DNA of 63,593 nucleotides, filler included, from Octopus bimaculoides (Eukaryota), in the NCBI RefSeq assembly GCF_001194135.2. It is 6 parts of 6 records of this genome, joined end to end, with 100 filler letters (N's around TTAATTAATTAA, not from the genome) between each part and the next. Parts side by side here need not be neighbours in the genome. Positions count along the whole stretch, not along the records: positions 13,820 to 33,761 come from NC_068982.1; positions 33,862 to 46,804 come from NC_068989.1; 4 more parts are not named here. One strand, written 5' to 3'. The notes below the pieces were generated by a model. The model was given only the letters and a program-made list of their open reading frames with translations. It made no database searches and had not been told where the DNA came from. The translations under genes were made by a program, and so were the position numbers. Of the stretch, positions 25,933-38,861 are shown piece after piece (within the stretch, counting starts at the first letter, position 1; each line of letters begins with the position of its first letter).

Positions 25933-25935
<3 letters not shown>
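25795..25935 (-). mobile_element. Penelope-like terminal repeat (same family as 7300-7510)
   Basis: Reverse complement TTCCTTTCTGTTGAAGAGTGTAGGCTTGAAACGTTAAAGACTTTCTC matches the 7.4-kb copy. Confidence 0.6.
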
Positions 25936-25963
<28 letters not shown>

Positions 25964-26703
25964 CTGATTTCATATCTATCATACAGGTTTAAATTAAATC
26001 ACAGTTTATATCAGGAGGTTGTAGACGTAGGCTTGGCGGAACTATGACCAGGCAAGTAACTTGAATGTCACGTCACAGAACTAGTTAAACAGTATTTGTT
26101 GAGTAGCGTAGTCAGACGATCCGATGCATACAGAAATTGTAATAGTTTAATTAGGAGGTGACTGAGAGGTCAATAATGTTTGGGGAGTCGGCGTGTTGAT
26201 CAAAAGGATCGTTAGGTGGTGATTCTAGCTATAGTCTACAAATAAAACAATTTGAATGCTGAACCAGCAGAGTCACTAGTGGAAGATCTATGCATTAAAT
26301 TAGCACGATATATAATGTACAACTATAATTTCAGTGTATTGTAATGTAGTTCTCTTAAACGTCTGTATGTTGTATCATTAATAATAGAATATACTTGTCG
26401 CATGGTGATATTATTTTTACCGCTAAATATCGTTCTTCTGTTTATTGGTTATGATATTTATTTGTCTATTTAATATCACAGTACAGTATTTTCAGTATAA
26501 TTGCTCTGTCTACTATTTTTGTTGCATATTAAGTCTACGTCATCAGATGAAGTTCATCCATTCATGATATTTGCAGCTTGATAATAGTAATAGACATAAA
26601 TGTAAATGAATTCGAAAGCAAATTTTCTCTCTGTCTGTCTCTGTCTGTCTCTGTGTGTGTGTCTCTCTCTCTCACCCTCTTACTGTCTCTATTTCTTCAT
26701 ATA

Positions 26704-27048
26704 CAGGGGTTGGATAATATAATGGAAACACCTTAAAATTTCAAACAAATTTATTTTAATATGAAGGTAGGACCGTCTTTGGCAGTAACTACAGCTTGAT
26801 ATCTACCAGGTATGGACTCGTACAAAGTTTGAATTGTTTCCAAAGGAAGTTTTGTTCATTCTTCAGCTAAAACAGTCTCCAGTTCTTGTAGTGATGATGG
26901 TGGAGGATATTGACTCCTTACTTGTTTTTCTAAAATGCACCATAAATGTTCAATGATATTGAGATCTGGGAACTGTGTTGGCTAGATAAGATGTTCAACG
27001 TCACTAGAATGTTCCTCGTGTCATTCAATAACAATTTTAGCGGTGTGA
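26704..27048 (-). mobile_element. Tc1-family 3' fragment with TIR, same family as 36290-37800
   Basis: TA|CAGGGGTTGGATAATATAATGGAAACACC terminal repeat. Minus translation HTAKIVIE*HEEHSSDVEHLI*PTQFPDLNIIEHLW...GPT. Confidence 0.9.
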
Positions 27049-29265
27049 AAAATCAATGTTCGCCAAATTCCATTGAGCGAACATATAGAGACGTGGTAAA
27101 AAAATGCTTCTAATTTTTCCTTTCCACAAACTAAATCAGTACCTCTACCAAATCGTCATTGCTTGTATAAGTGCGTAGTGTGCTACATACAGACGATGAA
27201 TTGTCTATGGACCAATGTGAAATGAGGTACTTTGCAAAAGAATACAACGCACCGCTCGGTTCGGGAAACGAAGGCAAACACGATCTTGCAAACCTGCGTG
27301 TATCACATTAACAATTAGGCGACGCACCCTCATATACACATATACATACATACATACATACATACAAATGTGTTATTACGTTGATTTATATGTATATATA
27401 GCTGAGGAGAACTAATCAAATTTGCGCTAACAAACGTATTTTGGAGAGTTCGAAACTCAGGTCCTAGATTATCCACATCTGGGTTATGCATTTACCTCAT
27501 GTTCTTCCTACAGGTAAGACGAAATTTATAATGATCGCCACCCACAAACATCTTTGCCAGTATATATATAGTGAAGCTATACTATAGCGTCGCATATTAT
27601 CGACAGCTATTTCCAGTAAATATTGGTGCATTGTTGTATCACTATNNNNNNNNNNNNNNNNNNNNNNNNNNNNNNNNNNNNNNNNNNNNNNNNNNNNNNN
27701 NNNNNNNNNNNNNNNNNNNNNNNNNNNNNNNNNNNNNNNNNNNNNATAATATGTATGCATGTATATTCATTATATAATCAGTAGAGAGGAAATTGTTTTC
27801 AGTGACAGTGTAGACAATTTCTAGTTTCATTTCGGATTTAGTATTCTTATAAAATATTTCTCCTTTGCCTTTCGTAGTCGATTATTTTCTTTCTAAGGTA
27901 AAAGAGGAATACTTTATAAGAATTCTAGATCCGAAACGAAATTGGAAATTGTTTTTCGGCTGCAAAAAACAAAAACCAAAGAAAAACTAACTTCCTCTAT
28001 ATACATTATATCATTCATACATAATTCATTTCTTTAAACATTTCTATCCCGAACTTTCCAGAGCCGGTAATTTTACATGTTAAACTGAGATTTTATAATT
28101 AACCTGTGCGGGGATAACCATTCAGTAAAATAAGCACTTGTTTAGGGCAACGCGGCCAGGTGGGGCACCATTGAAATGGTATATTGCTTACAGCACAAAA
28201 GTAATCACTTTAAACTTCAAAGTGGTTTATATGATCGGAAATATAATTTTAAAGTGTTCATGGTTACATAGTGAGGGTTGATCGAAGATTTTGTAATTAA
28301 AAAGTAAGCAGAAAACTTTACAAATATAAATAAAATGAAAGTATACAAATATAAATAAAATGAAAGTATACAAAAATGAACATTATTTTCCCTTTTACTG
28401 TTAGTTGTGTTTCATTTTGAAAAATGAAAAAAAATATTTTATGGTTTATTATTGTTTTTATTTCGAATAACATATCTATATGTAAGGGCACCAAATTTTT
28501 TGAAGTGCATAGGGTATATAGGTTCTAATCCAACCCTCAGCAGCTCCATCATTATAAGGTGTTTTTAATACTCGACTGAGTCAGAACCCCCAATGTTAGA
28601 TGTTGGATTCATAGAATTTTTTTCTACTTTTGTAATCTTTTAAATATGGAAATATTATTTGCAGAGGTATTGTATAACAAAACAGGAAAAATAGAATGTT
28701 TTGGGTATTATTTATTCTCCATTACATAAGAGTTACCTGTTATATAGACATGTATGGAATTACCTATAAGAAATTCGTTAGACAGCGAAAACGTTTTATA
28801 ACACAATAATATCATAAAAGATTGTCCCTGTCTAGCGGATGTCAATACTAAAGGAGCTGTGGATCCGAGTTTGTGAAACCCAATATTTCCATAGTATTAT
28901 TTAAAGCTATGCAAGCTTCTAGAATCCTCTAATCGAAGAACGATTTCGCATTCCCTCGAAAATTTCTCCTTATGACGTCACCAAAATACAATTTACAATT
29001 CTCGCTAGTAAAAATAAAGTTTACAAAACTGATAGAGAAATTAGGAGGATTGCTTTGGCCCAATGGAAGAAGGCTCGTCACGTCCACAGAAAGAACAGCT
29101 TAGGGTCCCAGGGGTTGCCTTCGACTTTGCTGTCCAAAAGGCTTTTCAACCCATTGATTTCAAGCCTTTAGTTGTAGTTTTATGTTTGCTTTGAGATACA
29201 CAGACACACACACAGATGCACAGGCACACACACACGCACACACACATACACATACACGCACACAA

Positions 29266-29530
29266 TCTTTTATTCTTTTAATTATTTCAATAATTTGACT
29301 GCAGCCATGCTGGAGCATCGCCTTAAATAGTTTCAGTCGAAGAAATCGACCCAAGGAGTTAATCTTTGTAAGCCTAGTACTAATTTTATGGGTCTCTTTT
29401 ACCGAACCGCTAACTTACAGGGATATAAACACACCAGTAACGGTAGTCAAGCGATGGTGGTAGTGGTAGGACTAACTCAGACACACGCACATAAATATAT
29501 ACATATATACATACATACATACATACATAC

Positions 29531-29585
<55 letters not shown>

Positions 29586-29908
29586 GTAAATGAAAGACGG
29601 AAGATGGAATATACGAGAATTTTTTATTAATCACGACAATTGCTTCGACATATCTAGCATCGATCCTTCATTGGTGGGAAGCTTAAGAATTGGTTCAGAA
29701 GCATCCGGCGGTGCAGATGTGTCTCATCGGGTGATAAATAGATACAAATCGTTAAAATATGAGTTTCGTCTCACAAATCCATTCACAAAGCTTTAGTCAG
29801 CCCAAGGCTATAGTAGAAGACACTCACCCAAGGTGTCACGCTGTGGAACCGAGCCCGAGCCATGTGGTTGGGAAGCAAGCTCCTTATTACACAGCGGCAT
29901 CTGCGCCT
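29266..29908 (-). mobile_element. SINE family A, interrupted in its internal microsatellite by a PLE-like insert
   Basis: Tail at 29266-29490 and head at 29760-29908 match the 4476-4886 copy. A foreign segment occupies 29584-29760. Confidence 0.85.
29630..29735 (-). ncRNA. Type I hammerhead-ribozyme-like fold (two core substitutions), probably a Penelope-like repeat
   Basis: AUCAC-CCGAUGA-GACACAUCUG...UAGAUAUGUC-GAAG-CAAUUG-UC-GUGAU: helix I AUCAC/GUGAU, 9-of-10-bp stem II, GUC triplet. Folded by eye. Confidence 0.65.
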
Positions 29909-29957
29909 CACTCTCTGTATATATGTATATGTTTATACACACACACACACTCACACA

Positions 29958-29997
<40 letters not shown>

Positions 29998-30351
29998 AAT
30001 ATACACACATGAGAATATTAAACACTGTAAATGAGTACTCAACACCACATTGGCTTAACGAGGCTTCCGTTAGTTTCATGTCAAGGAATCTTCACATTTG
30101 TTCAAACGTGCCACAGGGAAGCGTTAGTACTCGATTTCATTTTGTATGAGAATAGACATGGTAACAGGTGACTGAACGGGGTTTCGAAATAAATACGTGA
30201 AACACTAGAGATAACTTCTAAGAATATCATGATATCAATCAATACTTTCATGTGGCACCCTCTAACAACTGCGAAGATTTTTTCACATGGAACCATTTGT
30301 AGACTTTTTAACCAACAAATATAAAAGTGCTTGTGTGTAAATATATGTGTG

Positions 30352-30355
<4 letters not shown>

Positions 30356-30431
<76 letters not shown>
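30356..30431. repeat. (GT)n microsatellite
   Basis: Directly visible. Confidence 0.97.
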
Positions 30432-30433
<2 letters not shown>

Positions 30434-30444
30434 CATGTGCGTGT

Positions 30445-31345
30445 GTGTACCTGTGTCTGCATAAAACTCAGGAACTTCTAGGCTTATTTTCTGTTGTATG
30501 TAAAGCTCTCGGCTTGACCATTAGTACAAAGAAGCTGGAAGTGATCTACCTCAGCAAATTCAAGGTGTCAGGCAGAGGCTGCAGGTTCACAATTTCACCG
30601 ACACTTCTATACAGATTGACGGGAAAAACCTAAAGTAAGTGAAGTCATATAGATATCTTGGTAGTTAAGTGAATTCGAGCGCTTTCCTCAATGATGAAAT
30701 TGTCAATCATCTTGCAAAAGCAGCCAACACATTTGGCAAACTCCATCATTGCCCCCGGAGAGGAAGCTGCATTAAACTTGACATTAAATTACAGGTCTAT
30801 AAAGCTTACTATTCTCTTGTAAGACTTGAAATCGTGACACCCTACAGGCGACACATTAATAAACTAGACGTTCTCCACAAAGGCTGTTTTAGGACGATCT
30901 GTGGTTATTCAGTAAAAGATTGATGGTCAAGTGTCGACCTGTTTAGCAAGTGTAAGATTGGTGGAATCGAAAGCTTCCTATGCAGTCGCATTTTCGCTGG
31001 ACTGACCCTATCGTCAAAATAAGTGACAAAAGAATATTCCAAGTCCTCATGTACAGCTAGCTAGATAGAGGGCATAAGAAGTTTAGTTGATCATGTCTCA
31101 AATATACGGACAAGCTGAAGAGTAACTTCTCAGCACTCAATATAGCTCATACCACCTTTGAGCTATCAGTTTTGGAGCGAACAACATTGGAAATCGTCTT
31201 CTGAAAATCGTATAAAAGCCTTTGTTTCAAACGGCATTAATAGTCTAACGGGTCCAAGGCAAAGAAGAAAAGCAGCTGTAAATATATCGCCTGCACTGAA
31301 CCATAATATTCATACGACATCTGCGGGTTTCTTTGCAAATCGATG
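30445..31345 (+). mobile_element. RTE-clade LINE, RT C-terminal fragment, degenerate
   Basis: LGLTISTKKLEVIY...YRYLGS*VNSSAFLNDEIVNHLAKAANTFGKL...KLQVYKA...RHINKLDVLHKGCFRTICG...RW...KYTDKLKS. Confidence 0.85.
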
Positions 31346-31382
<37 letters not shown>

Positions 31383-31404
31383 ATGTGTGTGTATGTGTGC
31401 GTGC

Positions 31405-31441
<37 letters not shown>

Positions 31442-31854
31442 CGATATATATATGTATGTATATATATATGGATTTACTTTTCGTAATGAGATAAAAAAAC
31501 CAAGGGTGTGTACATTGTAGAATATTTATATGTNNNNNNNNNNNNNNNNNNNNNNNNNNNNNNNNNNNNNNNNNNNNNNNNNNNNNNNNNNNNNNNNNNN
31601 NNNNNNNNNNNNNNNNNNNNNNNNNNNNNNNNNNNNNNNNNNNNNNNNNNNNNNNNNNNNNNNNNNNNNNNNNNNNNNNNNNNNNNNNNNNNNNNNNNNN
31701 NNNNNNNNNNNNNNNNNNNNNNNNNNNNNNNNNNNNNNNNNNNNNNNNNNNNNNNNNNNNNNNNNNNNNNNNNNNNNNNNNNNNNNNNATATACATATAT
31801 ATGTGTGTGTGTGTGTGTGTGTGATAGTGAACATTTATAGAACATTTATATATA

Positions 31855-31889
<35 letters not shown>

Positions 31890-32112
31890 TAATGTCCTGT
31901 AAATGTTCACACACACATACATACATACAAGCATACATACATATATATATGTGTGTGTGTGTGAACAGTTACAGAACATTTATATATATACATATGTATA
32001 TATATATATACAATATATATATATGAATGTATATGTACACGTGTATATATATATATGTATACAATATATATATATATATGTATGTATATGTATATATATA
32101 GATAATTAACAA

Positions 32113-32239
<127 letters not shown>

Positions 32240-32967
32240 CATACATATGTGCGTGGGTGTGTGTCTATTGTTTACTGCATAAAATATGGCCCCCAAAATA
32301 ATACTCTGAAAGTCAGCTGAGATACATTTTATCTTTATTGGTGGTGTTGTACGATCATTTATCAAAGTTAAACAACTCCCGTAATGTGAAGCCATGTATA
32401 TTATTGTATTATATTTTACGTATTTATACACACCATGATAGTAGGCAATAAACTTCAACTCTCACGCTATTGTGAAATTAAAATATCTTTTGGTGAACAT
32501 AATTATGCTGAGCAATGTCCTAAGCGGTACCTTCTGTGCCTCAATGGTATTGTTCACAGCAAACCTGTTTATTTCCGAGTTTTAGACATTTGACAACTTT
32601 CGTATATTATATTTTTTCCTAATCTCATTTGCTTTTGTATATTTGTTTTTTGTCTGCCGGACTTTTGGAGACAGTTTTAAAAAATATGCAAAGAAATTAT
32701 TATATTATAGAAAAAAACCAAAGAAAATAACTGCTTTACGAAATTATATATGTCTTGTGAGAATACTTTGCTAGTTAATTCTCAGACGTGCTAGGTAGAT
32801 CCACAGGTATATTTTACAACTATACACGCGAGTAAATTAGATGGGCTGTGCACAGATGGAACGCCTTCCATTATAGATTTGTTCAACAAGAAATAGAATT
32901 ACATACCTACAGAAACAACGCCATACATACATAAAAGCGTACGTGGGTGTGCGAATACGTATATATG

Positions 32968-33006
<39 letters not shown>

Positions 33007-34369
33007 AAATGGAAAGGGAGATGTTTATAAATATAAATATATATACACACATATACAAAAGTTGTAAATCAATAGCTTGATATAAAATACATTAACGATT
33101 TTGATAAATATATAGCAAATATTTCGCTAGAATGAGAATGATTGGCAGTAAAATAGCATAACACATTTAAAAACAGCCTTCCCCAAAGAAAACCATTCTT
33201 GACAATTATAATTTTCAACAATACATTATTGCGTCTGCGACGGAATTAATGTATTTATAATATATTGCAAAGCTTATTGAAATGCTCAAGTTGGAACATA
33301 TGACATATGTTGCTATGTAATATAATAAGGATAATAATATTGTATGAAACATTTATAGGATATGCAGCTTATAATATGTCTCACAGACGCATGCATAAAC
33401 GAGCAACGATACACAATCACATAACGGCCAGCGCGCTCGCACGTACACGCATGCAGTTAAGTATTCACATATAAACACAGACAAAGACACAAAGACAGCT
33501 GAATACACACTGTAGATTTTAATGTGTAGAAATTCCATGACACATTTTCTAGAGGCTCGCAGTTCACATTCTCATGATTTCAGGCTTTGTGAACCATTCA
33601 TTTAACAAATGAATTGAATCGACAGTATTAAACCTTTATACGTACTGGCATATACACATACCTTCAAACGCCCACAATACACTCACACACACACGTACGC
33701 ACATATATATTCTTGGCCCCAGTGAAATAACTGAAACAAGGAAAAGAATAAAATTATATATNNNNNNNNNNNNNNNNNNNNNNNNNNNNNNNNNNNNNNN
33801 NNNNNTTAATTAATTAANNNNNNNNNNNNNNNNNNNNNNNNNNNNNNNNNNNNNNNNNNNNCCCACACTCTCTTACTAGACAATGACACCAAAGATTCTC
33901 TTTGAAAAGCAACTTCAAAACGATCACACCTGCTTTTGCCATTCCTTTAAAAGGCTAAAAATAAACTTATTGAAAAGAACTAACCAGCTGTGAACCCAAT
34001 TTTCTTCTTTTCTCTTTCCCATCGACACACACACGCACACACACAGACACACACACCAACACAAAAAAACACACACTCACACACACACTCTCTCTCTCAC
34101 TTTTCCTCACCCTCTCTTACTATCCTATATATATCTCTCTCCACCCCTACACACTCAATAAAACTATATAAAGAGGCCTGCTAGAAAGTTTTCTCAAAAC
34201 AATTTGAAAAACCTACATGACTAGGTGAAAAGCACTTCATTTAATATGTGACATTAATAAAAATCTGTAAATGTACAAACATCCAGGTTTTTGAGTACCT
34301 TAATTAATTTTTTTCTATCTAATTTCTGTACATCACCTCCAAACTGTTGCTCCAGGACTATCTGTCCGC

Positions 34370-34758
34370 TTCAAACACATTGCGTAAGATACAATGTAAT
34401 ATATAAATGCACCGTCAAAAATCTATTACATAACTCTACTGCCACATACATTGGTGAAACTATAAACTTTAAACATCGCTACGCATCCCACATGCACTCT
34501 TTTAGATACGACAAACACAGTAAATCTACAACATTAGCCAATCATATTCATCACCTCAAAAACAAAAATACCCAATACACCTTAAAATGGTCCATCTTGG
34601 ACTCTGGAACTCCATACCAGGGCCAGCGCTCCAATTGCAAGCTTTGCCTAACGGAGGCGTTCCATATTTTAAAATACAATTCTCCCACTCTACTTAATCG
34701 ATATAACGAAGCGTTTAGCAACTGCAACCACCGCTCTTTCCACACATTCAGGTTCTAC
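34370..34758 (+). mobile_element. Penelope-like GIY-YIG endonuclease domain, open frame up to the N gap
   Basis: VIYKCTV...YIGET.NFKHRYASHMHSFR...STTLANHIHHLK...LKWSILD...CKLCLTE..HILK...LLNR..E.FSNCNH. Confidence 0.88.
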
Positions 34759-35002
34759 NNNNNNNNNNNNNNNNNNNNNNNNNNNNNNNNNNNNNNNNNN
34801 NNNNNNNNNNNNNNNNNNNNNNNNNNNNNNNNNNNNNNNNNNNNNNNNNNNNNNNNNNNNNNNNNNNNNNNNNNNNNNNNNNNNNNNNNNNNNNNNNNNN
34901 NNNNNNNNNNNNNNNNNNNNNNNNNNNNNNNNNNNNNNNNNNNNNNNNNNNNNATTCTTCAACCTTACCTTTGCTCTTTTTATCTTTTTGTTTTTATATA
35001 TT

Positions 35003-35036
<34 letters not shown>

Positions 35037-35059
35037 TATGAGTTAGAGGTTAATATACC

Positions 35060-35880
35060 ATCTAAGGGATATTAAGTATCCAATATACTACTGGATGTGT
35101 ACCTATGTATTTTTAACCAAGTGCTTACTACTCCATGATAATACTGCAATTGAATACTAGGTATGGGTGGGGGTAAATAAGAAAATGGAGAAGATATGAA
35201 ATCGACGAACATTAGTCAGTAAACATTCCATTATATCCATTTATTAAATGATAACAAACATGTGTTTAAGTGGTACAAGTAAACAAATGAGATGAGCTCA
35301 TAAATACGTAAACAGATATGTATGTAGAGAGAGAGAGATATGAATGAATAATAATAGATGAGTGTACAAATACAAATCACGGCCGTTTCTACCATGAGGC
35401 TTCAGAATCATCCAATTTATCTTCATCACATCAGTGATGTACAGGGACAAACAGACATTGGACAGAGATTGGGTAATTGTTGAGCCTCAAGGCTTCTTGA
35501 GAGAGTACAAATGTTAGCAAACTAACATGTGGGAAATTCAGTTAGAATAATAGAGTAGGGTAAAATAAGATAAGATAGAGTAAAATAGGTAAGAATAAAA
35601 AATAATAATGTAATGTAATGTAATAGACATGGTAAGGAAAAGTAAGAACTCCATTTTAAGGTGTTATTATAATCCATGGTATTCCATCCTGTGGTAATTA
35701 AATAAAGTCACTCTCAGGAGATATATCCGTAGGCTGCGGTTTACATCGTGTTTCTATTATACTGAAGGAAATAGTGAAGGTGGTATGCTATGTGATGGGT
35801 TTAATGGTATGGTCCATGCTACAGGGGTCAGAGGTTAGAGGCTAAATGCTATTTAATAGATATAACAATATTAAAGGAGT
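35060..35880 (-). mobile_element. Probable Penelope-like 3' end and terminal repeat remnant
   Basis: Degenerate ES.FI...HGL-like C-terminus, pyrimidine-rich tract and a GAAACGGCCGT palindrome. Weak. Confidence 0.35.
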
Positions 35881-36289
35881 TGACCAAAATAACTTAAATT
35901 GAACCTGTTAGGGGAAAATTAATACATAAGTACATTAATGAAAGAAAAACCGGGTAATATATATATATATATANNNNNNNNNNNNNNNNNNNNNNNNNNN
36001 NNNNNNNNNNNNNNNNNNNNNNNNNNNNNNNNNNNNNNNNNNNNNNNNNNNNNNNNNNNNNNNNNNNNNNNNNNNNNNNNNNNNNNNNNNNNNNNNNNNN
36101 NNNNNNNNNNNNNNNNNNNNNNNNNNNNNNNNNNNNNNNNNNNNNNNNNNNNNNNNNNNNNNNNNNNNNNNNNNNNNNNNNNNNNNNNNNNNNNNNNNNN
36201 NNNNNNNNNNNNNNNNNNNNNNNNNNNNNNNNNNNNNNNNNNNNNNNNNNNNNNNNNNNNNNNNNNNNNNNNNNNNNNNNNNNTATATA

Positions 36290-37800
36290 TAAGGATTGGA
36301 GAAAATAATGGAAACAACTTAAAATTTCAAACAAATTTATTTTAATATGGGGTAGGACCACCTTTGTCAGTAATTACAGCTTGAATTCTACAAGGTATGG
36401 ACTTGTACAAAGTTTGAACTGTTTCCATGAGAATTTTTGTCCATTCTTCAGCTAAAACAGTCTCCAGTTCTTGTAGTGATAATGGTGGAGGATATCAACT
36501 CCTTACTTGTTTTTCTAAAATGTACAATAAATGTTCAATAATATTGAGATCTGGGGACTGTGGTGGCCAGATAAGATGCTCGACTTCACTAGAATGTTTC
36601 TCGTGCTATTCAGTAACAACTTAAGCTGTGTGAATTGGTGCATTATGATCCTGAAAGATTGCCTTTCCCTCCGGATACAGTTCCACAGCCATAGGATGAA
36701 TTTGATTAAATAAAATGCTTAAATCGTCTTGACTATTAATTCTGCCATGAAGAGAAACCATTGGACCGGTGGATTTCCAAGATATAGCCTCCCAGATCAT
36801 CACAGATCCTCCTCCATGTTTAACAGTTGGAAGAAGGCAGTCTTTTGGCTGTCTCCACACGTATACCCAGCCAGTGGTCGGAAATAAGGTAAAGGATGAC
36901 TCGTCCAAGAAAATAACATTCTTCAATAGCTTTAGGGACCAATTCTGAAGGTTTTTACTCCACTCTAAATGCTTTACAAGGTTTGTTTTTGAAAGTAGTG
37001 GTTTTCTGATTGCAGCCCTCCCGTGAAATCCGGCTTTGTGCAGCTTCTGGCAAAAAGTTTTTTGTAGAAACTGGATTCTTGAGGTGGTCATTAAGCTCTG
37101 CAATAATTTTGCAAGCTGTACTTCTGTGATCCTTTCTAACAATTCATATAAGNNNNNNNNNNNNNNNNNNNNNNNNNNNNNNNNNNNNNNNNNNNNNNNN
37201 NNNNNNNNNNNNNNNNNNNNNNNNNNNNNNNNNNNNNNNNNNNNNNNNNNNNNNNNNNNNNNNNNNNNNNNNNNNNNNNNNNNNNNNNNNNNNNNNNNNN
37301 NNNNNNNNNNNNNNNNNNNNNNNNNNNNNNNNNNNNNNNNNNNNNNNNNNNNNNNNNNNNNNNNNNNNNNNNNNNNNNNNNNNNNNNNNNNNNNNNNNNN
37401 NNNNNNNNNNNNNNNNNNNNNNNNNNNNNNNNNNNAAGTTTTGGTTTTCTTTGGGAGTTTTGTTTTGACAAGGAGGTTTTTCCCTCTTTCTCAAAGGCTG
37501 TCATTACTTTCGAGACAGTACTTCATGATACACCAAACATTTCAGCTGCTTTTGTCATGCTAGCACCTGCCATACAAGCACCAACAATTTGACCTCTTTG
37601 AAAGTCTGATAGATGTGTCATTTTAATGAATTTTAATTACCTTTTTCTGATGATGTCTAAAAAGAAACAGCAATTTTAACAAAACATATTAAGTAACACT
37701 ATTCATAAATCAAAAAATACAAAAATAAACAAGCTTTTGACGGTTTTATAGATATTTCAAAATTATCATGCTATGATGTTAGGTGTTTCTATTATTTTGA
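36290..37800 (-). mobile_element. Near full-length Tc1/mariner element, DD36E spacing, inactive transposase
   Basis: ATG at 37621: MTHLSDFQRGQIVGACMAGASMTKAAEMFGVS*STVSKVM...[gap]...IFLDESSF...PTVKHGGGSVMIW...FQDHNAPIH...WPPQSPDLNIIE...GGPTPY. TIR remnants at about 36290 and 37782-37799. Confidence 0.93.
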
Positions 37801-38847
37801 TGAGGTGTGCTTCCCACGTTAGTGAAGGCCACATATAAACTTAGGAAGTTGTGAATAATTCTTTAAATGGAAGTGTAGCACATGCACCCTAGCCCTTTTT
37901 GACTTATTTTTATGGATTTCGATGTGTATGTGTTACACCTTCACCCAATAAACACAATAACCATAAAAATCTGTCTATATGTAGAAATGAGGACCCAGTT
38001 CTTTTTGTTTCTCATTTTTTGTGGGGATAGAAATGTCTGTGAAGAATAGATAAATAAGAGTTAAATCCTATTTTAGCATTCAGCAGAAATGAAAGTAATG
38101 TAGTTTATACTTTTATAACAAAGTAGTTATTACTGCAATTTTAACTTAGACACAAAATATATTTTTTACAAATGTTCACTACCTTACAAAATCGATATCA
38201 GCCAAGCAAATGACCTTCTCTAAACACATTAAAAACATTATAACCTGATCTGATCACTACTTCTGAAAATTATTCCCATTCTCTTTGAGTATATAAAAGA
38301 CAAATTTGGCTGGGGCAAAATGAATAAGCCAAGATAAGGTAAATTTGCTGCTTCATTTCTCCAGAATCACATTTGGTAACAGACTCATACACAACAATAT
38401 CCATTCCAAGACATCAGTAAGATTAGAAATGCAAAAAAAAAAGTTTAAAATATCTAGGTCAAATGAAAGAGGGTCAGGGAAAAAGGCACACATGAAATTA
38501 ATGAAACTCAACCAAGTAAAAAAAACTAAACAAAATATTCTCTATAGCTTCTTCACAATCCAGTGGAGTGTCTCTCTTCATGATACATTTACACACTGTG
38601 ATAGTTGCATTGGGTTGCTGATTTGGTATCCTGATATGTATATAGAACTCTCAAAGGGAGTCTCATGCAACTATGTGGAAATCATGAGAGGAGAGATGAA
38701 CGAGCTAGCAGCCATAAAAAGGAGTGTTACTGCTACACACAGGAGAATGTTATTAGGGATATTACAGCATGGTTCTCGAAAAGTGAACTGCGTAACTTGG
38801 TGTTATGAACATTCAATATTTGTCCTATAAGAGTGTAACACAACACA

Positions 38848-38861
38848 TGGCAACAAGGATG
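38848..38861 (+). promoter_or_regulatory. Primer-binding site, probably tRNA-Ser(GCU)
   Basis: TGGCAACAAGGATG equals TGGCGACGAGGATG with both CpG changed to CpA. The latter is complementary to the metazoan tRNA-Ser(GCU) 3' end as I recall it. Confidence 0.65.

Noticed and set aside
28319-28374. 25-bp tandem duplication TACAAATATAAATAAAATGAAAGTA
   Set aside because: Simple slippage duplication in AT-rich sequence with only two units.
38365-38375. 11-nt AG...GT microexon-like stretch
   Set aside because: The donor (GTAACA) is modest and such matches are expected by chance.
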